A stretch of DNA of 20,000 nucleotides from contig NW_003526940.1 of NCBI RefSeq assembly GCF_000181795.1, positions 2,246,542 through 2,266,541 of the forward strand, read 5' to 3'. Both the position numbers and the translations under genes were made by a program. The number at the start of each line of letters is the position of its first letter. The first letter of the stretch is position 1. Under the pieces are notes generated by a model, which was not told where the DNA came from, searched no databases, and worked only from the letters and a program-made list of their open reading frames with translations. This DNA comes from Trichinella spiralis. Taxonomy: Eukaryota. Of the stretch, positions 11,370 to 20,000 are shown piece after piece.

Positions 11370-11503
11370 TAGAACGGAATTTTCTACAACTGCAGTTACA
11401 AGGAGTGGTGATTACTTAATGTTAGCATCGACTTATTTTTCTGATTTCAGCATCTGAAAAATTTATCACTTGTAGATTTTCCCTTTGTAATTGAATAGCC
11501 TTT
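11370..11503. repeat. Rearranged fragments of repeat family R
   Basis: ~11380-11455 resembles 3690-3770 in direct orientation. 11461-11503 is the reverse complement of ~3650-3690. Confidence 0.55.
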
Positions 11504-11644
11504 AGCTCCTTTGCATGAGGGTAAAGGGCGGCAAATGAAAGATCAATATATGCTTTATGCCTGCCGACAATGATAATTAGCAATGATCATATTTTGGCGG
11601 AACATATGCAGTGCTAGAGGAAGATAACGTGAGATGAAAAATAA

Positions 11645-12646
11645 TTTGTTTTCCTTTCACTTTTGTTTAGTGAAAAGTTTTCAAAATCCAACAGATCCTT
11701 TTTGATCTGGAATGTTCAACATGTGGTTATCATCGTAATACAACAATTGCAACTTCAATGTTTAATTAACTTAATAGTCAGTTTTACTTTAGATATTGAA
11801 AAACAAATTTAATACAATTTACACAAAATGTATAATCACAAATTTCTATTTTAAACAAAATTCCTGATTTTATTTTTTATTTAAATGAAAAAACATGAGA
11901 AGAAACTTGTAAACAGGAGTGAAAGAACGATTGGAAAGATTAAATTCTTTTGCAAACCAGAAATATTTTCAAAGAACACTACAGCTGAAATCAGAAAATA
12001 TTTCAATGCTAACATTCAGCAACCACCACTGCTAGTTTTAGCTGAAAACTGCAGCTGGAGACAATGTATCAATTTTAGATTTTTCCTTTGTACTTGAGTA
12101 GCCTTCAACTAGCCTTCATCAGAACAATATCTGACAAACAGAAAAGAACATTAGGGCATAAATCTCATTTAATTGTTAGCTAAGAAGGGTAATTNNNNNC
12201 ACAAAGNGNNNGNNACNGTNNNNTGNCNNNNNTTTTNAACAGTANTNTTTCCANTGGNNTGGGATAAATAAAAAGTGGAGCACTTCAAAAGCAGGAAAGA
12301 AAGCGATGAAGAGCNNNNNNNNGAAAAGNTGTTAAAGCTGCTTCAAATTCACTTTGCAGTGGACATCGCATTCTTTGATGTCAGCATATTGTGCGCCATT
12401 TGTCTGTGATTAATACTCTTCTGTCAACNNNNNNNNNNGATGTCAGCCATATGTGGCGCCATTTGGTCTGTGATTAATAATCTTCTGTCAACATCAACAA
12501 AAGGCATTGGTGACACAAGAAATATCAATCAAAGCTGATCTTCAGTTGTAGATAAAATGAGAAATGAAAACTAAATGTTGTTGCAAAATGGTTATTTAAA
12601 ATGGAATTTAAAACTATCAAACTTTTTATTTTCCCTTTGGTCTTGC
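11645..12646 (-). repeat. Repeat family R, inverted copy (contains Ns)
   Basis: Reverse complement of 3187..4103, e.g. gaacaatatctgacaaacagaaaagaacatta versus taatgttcttttctgtttgtcagatattgttc. Confidence 0.8.
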
Positions 12647-12650
12647 GAAT

Positions 12651-13078
12651 GGGATGGTCCATTTCGGGACAAATTTTCACGGTCTAATTTTACTGGTCGT
12701 TGAACTCGCTATTTTATTGGACCTTCAATTCGTCATCTTATTGGCTTTCCTTATCCAATTGCTCATTGATGAAAACTCTTCATGAGCTTGTTACTGAAAA
12801 GTCTTTCAATTTATAAATTACTGGTAATAAATTTAGGATTAAAAAACTCACTTAGAGAAGACACGCCCCTCGCATGTCTGAATTTTTCCTTTTTGATTCT
12901 TGAATGACCCACAATTTTGGAACTCATGACTACAACTTTTCTCAAGAATGAAAAGACTCTGGTTTTTGCCTTTTGACACACAAATTAACCAACCATAAAT
13001 GTCATTTACGAACTTCTTTTACTATGTAAATTTGAAACAAATGCGAATGCAAAGCGAGAAATAAAATCATTATCAAAA
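12651..13078 (-). mobile_element. Probable 3' terminal region of a MULE element
   Basis: Starts GGGATGGTCC at the junction with repeat R, contains the 27-bp unit seen at 852-905, and lies downstream (across a gap) of MULE A copy 2. Confidence 0.35.
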
Positions 13079-13282
13079 NNNNNNNNNNACGTTTTCAACA
13101 ATAATTCTTATCATTATTCTATATTTTATTGTACCAGAGTGACGTTATATCAAATGTGATAATAATAATTCAGAAAAAACAATACAAAAAATAAGTTAAA
13201 TAGTGATTTTGATTTTTCACTAGTCAAGAGCAGCAACAACAACAACAATAAACAACATAACAGTGAACAATATTAACAAAGT

Positions 13283-14135
13283 GGTATCAGAGATTTTAAA
13301 ATCACAAATTATTGTTTCTGGATTAAGATTCACGCTTAGGATTGCCGGTTATGCCTGACTTGCTTAAAATAAACCCGTATGTGGCAATATCTTTATCCGT
13401 ACATAAACAATAGACTGCTGGCACCAGCTTGCCCGCCAAAAAGGCATGGATGGTAAGCAGTTGTTGATACCATTGTGGTACAACCTTGAATGTACCATCC
13501 AATGCCCAGGTTCGCCTGGTTGCCATCAGTCTAATGCTAGAATCCGTAGCCAATATCAATATTTGCCTCGATGCACTCTGCCACAGTAAAAAATCTTCAC
13601 CGGCCATTGTTGTCCTGAATGCGTCAGGGATTTGCTGGTCCCGACGATGACTGGGCAGTTTTGGGTATCGCTTTGCCTGGTGCCTATACATCGTGGACTT
13701 CACCCGCTTAAAAAGCGGAAAATGGCCAGATGTAGATGGCACGGCGGACGCGGCGGAAACTTCTTCATCGTAAATGGCGAGGATGGATTTTGTTTCTTCC
13801 GCGCTTCGTTTTTTCAAAACCGCCTTCTTTTCCATTTTGTATGCCAAGTGCTCATCCACTGTGCAGCTTTCGATGTGATCCTTTTGCGTGATCACGCATG
13901 TCACATCTCGGTTTGTCCATATGACACCCTTGCAGCCTTCTCTGCCCTATACCAAAGTAACCTAACCCTTAATAACGAAGGACACACACTGTACATTTAG
14001 CGCATACTTTTGAGCAAACCCAATGTTTTCTCTGTTTATTGGTGTATCTCACTTTGTATATGTCCTTCCTTGAGAAACAAGAGACGTACTTCCGCCACGA
14101 TTTGTTACAAAACGCAGCTCAGAAATATCAGCCAT
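13283..14135 (-). pseudogene. MULE transposase remnant, subfamily A copy 2 (FLYWCH-like N-terminus + first two catalytic Asp regions)
   Basis: ATG at 14135 (MADISELRFVTNRGGSTSLV). Exon 1 is 128 nt (2-bp frameshift). GT-AG intron at 14007..13947. Spliced HWVCSK|GREGCKGVIWT...KDH. Then DGTFK in ORF 13323..13904 and an out-of-frame NLNPETIICDF. The C-terminal half is missing. Confidence 0.88.
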
Positions 14136-14334
14136 TGTGAAAATGATGAACAGAACAGAAAATGATTCAAATAACTCTCGAATGCAAAACGCAGGACCCA
14201 ACAAAAACGAATTGGGACGGGTTTTGAATTTCTATTTTTATTACCGTTGCAACCAATTAGTCTTTCATTTCTCAATTTTTNNNNNNNNNNGATATTCCTT
14301 GTGGCACTAATGCCTCTTGTTGATTCTGATAGAA

Positions 14335-14870
14335 TAAAATTAATCACATACAAATGGCGCACAAATGCTAACACCGAAGAACGTGATGTCCACTGCAGAG
14401 TGAATTTGAAGCAGCTTTAACTGCTATCTGCTTCGTGCTGTCCATCGCTTCCTTTCTGCTTTCAAAATGTTTTACTTTTATTTATCTGAGTTCATCAGAG
14501 AAATTTCGTTTTAGCTGGCAATTATATAAGATTTATGTATAAGATGCGCTTATCCATTTGTTAGAAATTGGTCTAATACAAAGGAAAAGTCAACAAGTGA
14601 TAAATTGTCCACAGCTGCAGTTCGAATTAAAACCAGGATAAGCAACTGCTAATTTTTGTTAGCATTAAAATACTTTTCTGATTTTATTTTGCTGTTCTCT
14701 GAAAATGTTTCTCGTCTCCAAACGAATTTTATCTTTAATCTTTCCAATGTTTCTTTTGCTCCTGTTCACCAGAGTTATTGTTTTCCTTCGTATATTTTAT
14801 TTATATAAAAAATTAAAAATCTGCAATATTATTTATAAATCAAAAAACAAATTTATTTATATATTTGGTG
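14335..14870 (+). repeat. Repeat family R copy, interrupted at 14870
   Basis: Close to 1900..2452. Homology ends at tatatttggtg, where an LTR-like sequence begins. Confidence 0.75.
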
Positions 14871-15180
14871 TGTAGTAGACTTGCAGGGTAATCGTACTAC
14901 ACTTTGTTATAGACAATTAGGTTCTACAACTGTCTTCTTTCGCGGCTAAATTTGAATTTCACAAATCTCGCCTTTCGTATATGATAATCTCGAATATATT
15001 TTATTGAATATACAATCAAACACAGGCAAAGTACAAACAAAAAGGATCACACCAACAACTCTCTACACGATCTGATCGCAACTGTGCTTGTTAAGTTGTT
15101 GTTCTCTGGTTCAGTAACGACAACAGTTGCTTCTTTTCCCAGTAAACAACGGCAGTTGTTCCAATAAATCAGTCACAAAT
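14871..15180 (-). mobile_element. Diverged BEL/Pao-like LTR relic
   Basis: Colinear similarity to the LTR at 6248-6625: tgtag(t/c)ag start, ctaca..ttg.tat....aggttct, tttatt, caact......gttaag and ccaat(a/c)aatcagtc at similar spacing. Confidence 0.45.
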
Positions 15181-15339
15181 TTTGACAGAGTGACAGTTTG
15201 ATAATGTAAGCTATTGGAGTTGGAATTTAGGTCAAGTCAGATTGAATATGTAAAAATATCACTCGAAACTTTCCGCATCGCAACTTATTGCTTTCCCGAG
15301 TTATCCGAATTACTTTCTGTTCTGTTCAGCATTTTTACA

Positions 15340-16270
15340 ATGGCTGATATTCCTGTGCTGTGTCTTGTACCGAATCGTGGTGGCAGTATGGCCCTTGTTT
15401 TTGAAGGAAGATCATACAAATTGAAATAGACGGGCAAACAAAAGAAATGTTGGAGGTGTTCAAAGGTATGCGTTGAATGTACAGCATGCGTTCCTTGTTA
15501 TTAACAATTACCTTATTTTGGTATAGGATAAAAAGACTGCAAGGGTGCAGTATAGACAGATTTAAAAGTTGCGGCCGTGATCAATCGAAAAGATCACGTT
15601 GAAACCTGACAGGTAGACGAGCATCTGGCATATAAAATGGAGAAGAAGGCACTTCTAAAAAAACGAAGTGCCGATGAAACGAAGCCCATCCCCGCAATAT
15701 ATGATGAAGAAGCCTCTGCCGCGTCAGCTGAGCCTTCTACATCCGGACAGTTTTCGGTTTTCAAGCGGGTGCGAGCCGCAATGTACAAACATCGGGCAAA
15801 GCGCTTCCCCAGACTTCCTGAACACCGGCATTCCTGAAACGCATTCCAATTCCTGAACACCTGCTTGAAGCAGGCACTACGGGTAATTTATTAGCCTTAT
15901 TTCAATATCATCGGCAGGAGTGGATGACCGATGAAAGACTGCCGCTTTGGAATGTACATAATGTAAATATTAGGACGAATAACTACTTGGAAGGTTGGCA
16001 CAATCGGCTCAACAGAAAAGCGGCTAAAAGTCATAACGGGTTATATGAACTGCTCCAGCTCCTGATAGCGAAACAGGGTGTGATGGACACCCTGATTCAG
16101 CAAGTGCTATCAGGAAACGCTACCGTTGGTGACTTAAGATGGGTTAACAAGGTTTATGCTCAAAAGCAACGACAGTTTGCACGATATACGGGTGAATACA
16201 CCAAGGGTAGACGAACGCTAGAGTACTTTCCTAGAAGCTTTAATGTATGTAACGGCCGGAGCCGATTTAT
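15340..16270 (+). pseudogene. MULE transposase remnant, subfamily B copy 1 (FLYWCH-like N-terminus fused to the C-terminal Glu region)
   Basis: ATG at 15340 and GT-AG intron 15466..15526, with in-frame stops. MEKKALLKKRSADETK is homologous to subfamily A. After ~15860 it jumps to QEWMTDERLPLWNVHNVNIRTNNYLEGWHNRLNRK (RTNN..E..H motif of MULE transposases). Confidence 0.85.
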
Positions 16271-16325
16271 AGCCGCCTTCAAAGGGGCGGCCTGATAATA
16301 TTTTTATTCTATTTTNNNNNNNNNN

Positions 16326-18060
16326 ATACTAAGGAAAAGTCACCAAGTGATAAATCGTCCTCAGCGCAGTTTAAATTAAAACCAGAACAAGCAACTGCTA
16401 ATTTTGTTAGCATAAAATACTTTTCTGATTTTGCTTGCCGTTCTCTGAAATGTTTTCTCGTTGCAAACGAATTTTATCTTTAATCTTTCCAATGTTTCTT
16501 TAGCTCCTATTCACCAGAGTTATTGTTTTCCTTCGTATATTTTATTTATATAAAAAATTAAAAATCTGCAATATTATTTATAAATCAAAAAACAAATTTA
16601 TTTATATATTTGGTGTGTAGTAGACTTGCAGGGTAATCGTACTACACTTTGTTATAGACAATTAGGTTCTACAACTAACTGTCTTCTTTCGCGGCTAAAT
16701 TTGAATTTCACAAATCTCGCCTTTCGTATATGATAATCTCGAATATATTTTATTGAATATACAATCAAACACAGGCAAAGTACAAACGAAAAGGATCACA
16801 CCAACAACTCTCTACACGATCTGATCGCAACTGTGCTTGTTAAGTTGTTGTTCTCTGGTTCAGTAACGACAACAGTTGCTTCTTTTCCCAGTAAACAACG
16901 GCAGTTGTTCCAATAAATCAGTCACAAATTTTGACAGAGTGACAGTTTGATAATGTAAGCTATTGGAGTTGGAATTTAGGTCAAGTCAGATTGAATATCT
17001 AAAAATATCACTCGAAACTTTCCGCATCGCAACTTATTGCTTTCCCGAGTTATCCGAATTACTTTCTGTTCTGTTCAGCATTTTCACAATGGCTGATATT
17101 CCTGTGCTGTGTCTTGTACCGAATCGTGGTGGCAGTATGGCCCTTGTTTTTGAAGGAAGATCATACAAATTGAAATAGACGGGCAAACAGAAGAAATGTT
17201 GGAGGTGTTCAAAGGTATGCGTTGAATGTACAGCATGCGTTCCTTGTTATTAACAATTACCTTATTTTGGTATAGGATAAAAAGGGCTGTAAGGGTGCAG
17301 TATAGACAGATTTAGAAGTTGCGGCCGTGATCAATCGAAAAGATCACGTTGAAACCTGACAGGTAGACGAGCATCTGGCATATAAAATGGAGAAGAAGGC
17401 ACTTCTAAAAAAACGAAGTGCCGATGAAACGAAGCCCATCCCCGCAATATATGATGAAGAAGCCTCTGCCGCGTCAGCTGAGCCTTCTACATCCGGACAG
17501 TTTTCGGTTTTCAAGCGGGTGCGAGCCGCAATGTACAAACATCGGGCAAAGCGCTTCCCCAGACTTCCTGAACACCGGCATTCCTGAAACGCATTCCAAT
17601 TCCTGAACACCTGCTTGAAGCAGGCACTACGGGTAATTTATTAGCCTTATTTCAATATCATCGGCAGGAGTGGATGACCGATGAAAGACTGCCGCTTTGG
17701 AATGTACATAATGTAAATATTAGGACGAATAACTACTTGGAAGGTTGGCACAATCGGCTCAACAGAAAAACGGCTAAAAGTCATAACGGGTTATATGAAC
17801 TGCTCCAGCTCCTGATAGCGAAACAGGGTGTGATGGACACCCTGATTCAGCAAGTGCTATCAGGAAACGCTACCGTTGGTGACTTAAGATGGGTTAACAA
17901 GGGTTATGCTCAAAAGCAACGACAGTTTGCACGATATACGGGTGAATACACCAACGGTAGACGAATGCTACAGTAGTTCCTAGAAGCTTTAATGTATGTA
18001 ACGCCGGAGCCGATTTAGTGCCGCCTTCAAAGTGGTGGCTTGTATTATATTTTTATTCTA
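16326..18060 (+). repeat. ~1.74-kb tandem duplicate of 14576..16315 (R fragment + LTR relic from 16616 + MULE B)
   Basis: Offset ~1750 with near-identical ORF sets (15214/16963, 15637/17387, 15924/17674), separated by an N gap. Confidence 0.9.
17089..18018 (+). pseudogene. MULE transposase remnant, subfamily B copy 2
   Basis: ATG at 17089. Removing intron 17215..17275 gives in-frame WRCSK|DKKGCKGAV*TDLEVAAVINRKDHVET*QVDEHLAYKMEKK. Same central deletion as copy 1. Confidence 0.85.
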
Positions 18061-18363
18061 TTTTGTTGTGTTGTATTGTACTATATTATATTTGTATTGT
18101 ATTGTATTGTATTACATTGTATTGTATTATTCTTTTTCGTCGTTTCTACTTTGTTAATATTGTTCACTGTTATGTTGTTTATTGTCGTTGTTGTTGACTG
18201 TTCTTTACTGTTGTTGTTGCTACTCTTGACTAGTGAAAAATAAAAATCACTATTTAACTTATTTTTGTATTGTTTTTTCTGAATTATTACTATCGCATTT
18301 GATATAACGTCACTTTTGTACAATCAAATATAGAAAAATGATAAAAATTATTGTTGAAAACGT
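18040..18363 (+). repeat. MULE 3' region with (ATTGT)n/(TTG)n low-complexity tracts
   Basis: From ~18148 it is the reverse complement of 13089..13283 and 1..143, so it is shared by subfamilies A and B. Confidence 0.75.
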
Positions 18364-18512
18364 TGATTACTAAAAAGTATAAACTTCACTAATAATATAT
18401 TGGAAAAACAAAATTTCAATGAAAGATAAAACTTATAAATCTTGATTGAAACAATTTCCCAAATTAGGAATATTTTCATTATTAATGTTACGTCACCACT
18501 ATTAAAGTTACG

Positions 18513-19029
18513 TTATGAAAACAAAAAATGACCTAGATAAACACGTTTATTTAACATCTCTTTGTTCAGTTATCTCTTCTTCAGACTGTTCATTTGTTGC
18601 TTTCTATATTTTTGTAGAATAATGCAATTAGATAATAAAGATATTTAATTTGTAAAGAACAAAACCGTCAATTCTATTTTTCATTTATTTCACTCCTCAT
18701 GGTTATCATTAGCTTGGGATATTTTCCGTGTCGTAGGTTTGAGATGTGTTTTCGAATGATGAGAATAAATAATAATGAATTTCAGTTTGTATCTCAAAGA
18801 ACCGACATAAGCCAATACACAAAGGAAGATGCCACACGCTCAAGTGCACAAATCATAATGACAAATACGGATTGTGAATAAACATAAAAACAAAGGCCTA
18901 AAGTAGCACATTATTAAAGTAATATAGCAGCCAATCCTTTTTTTCAACATAAAGAATAGTAGGTTGCCGCGGCACAGGGTATACACGGTTAGAAATGGAC
19001 TTTTTCCACGTTATCGTTGTATTGCCCAT
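18513..19029 (+). repeat. Second copy of the 4144..4660 segment
   Basis: Direct near-identity, with divergence rising toward the N gap at 19033. Confidence 0.9.
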
Positions 19030-19091
19030 AAANNNNNNNNNNCAACAACAACAACAATAAACAACATAACAGTAAACAATATTAACAAAGT

Positions 19092-19948
19092 GGTATCAGG
19101 AGAGATTTAAATCACAAATTATGTCACCATATTCTGATAGATGACGCTAGGATTGCCGGTTATGCCCTGACTTGCTTAAAATAAACCCGCCCGTATGTGG
19201 CAATATCTTTATCCGTACATAAACAATAGACTGCTGGCACCAGCTTGCCCGCCAAAAAGGCATGGATGGTAAGCAGTTGTTGATACCATTGTGGTACAAC
19301 CTTGAACGTACCATCCAATGCCCAGGTTCGCCTGGTTGCCATCAGTCTAATGCTAGAACCCGTAGCCAATATCAATATTTGCCTCGATGCACTCTGCCAC
19401 AGTAAAAAATCTTCACCGGCTATTGTTGTCCTGAATGCGTCAGGGATTTGCTGGTCCCGACGATGTTCAGGCAGTTTTAGGTATCGCTTTGACCGGTGGC
19501 TGTACATAGTGGACTTCACTAGCTTAAAAAGCGGAAAATGGCTAGATGCAGATGGCACAGCGGACGCGGCGGAAACTTCATCGTAAATGGCGAGGATGGG
19601 TTTTGTTTCTTCCGCGCTTCGTTTTTTCAAAACCGCCTTTTTTTCCATTTTGTATGCCAAATGCTCATCCACTGGGCAGCTTTCGATGTGATCCTTTTGC
19701 GTGATCACATATGTCACATCCAGGTTTGTCCACATGACACCCTTGCAGCCTTCTCTGCCCTATACCAAAGTAACCTAACCTTTAATAACGAAGGACATAC
19801 ACTGTACATTTAGCGCATACTTTTGAGCAAACCCAATGTTTTCTCTGTTTATTGGTGTATCTCAATTTGTATATGTCCTTCCTTGAGAAACAAGGGACGT
19901 ACTTCCGCCACGATTTGGTACAAAACGCAGCTCAGAAATATCAGCCAT
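19092..19948 (-). pseudogene. MULE transposase remnant, subfamily A copy 3
   Basis: ATG at 19948, a 128-nt exon 1 with the same 2-bp frameshift, intron 19820..19760, and ORF 19160..19735 with DGTFK. The 5' flank continues to the window end. Confidence 0.88.
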
Positions 19949-20000
19949 TGTGAAAATGATGAACAGAACAGAAAAATGATTCAAATAACTCTCGAATGCA

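Noticed and set aside
12378..12492. ~50-bp tandem repeat
   Set aside because: The two copies directly flank the N gap at 12429-12438, consistent with an unmerged contig overlap.
18040..18323. Hydrophobic and Asn/Thr-rich ORFs
   Set aside because: They are translations of (ATTGT)n/(TTG)n low-complexity DNA.

Overview
Eukaryotic, AT-rich draft-assembly sequence with several N gaps, made up almost entirely of decayed transposable elements and dispersed repeats. It is probably from a nematode; the transposase fragments resemble, from memory, those abundant in Trichinella, which I cannot verify here. Contents: (1) five defective Mutator-like (FLYWCH + MULE DDE) transposase copies in two subfamilies with complementary internal deletions and a shared 61-bp intron; (2) a BEL/Pao remnant (LTR plus DUF1759-like gag), a partial second copy and two diverged LTR-like relics; (3) a Ty3/Gypsy element with a clean 245-bp 5' LTR, gag/protease apparently deleted, a disrupted RT-RNase H and no integrase; (4) an unidentified ~0.9-kb AT-rich repeat family in both orientations; (5) several duplications abutting gaps, some likely assembly artefacts. 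I could not support any intact host gene, RNA gene or novel enzymatic system. The points of interest are TE structure, nesting and repair signatures.
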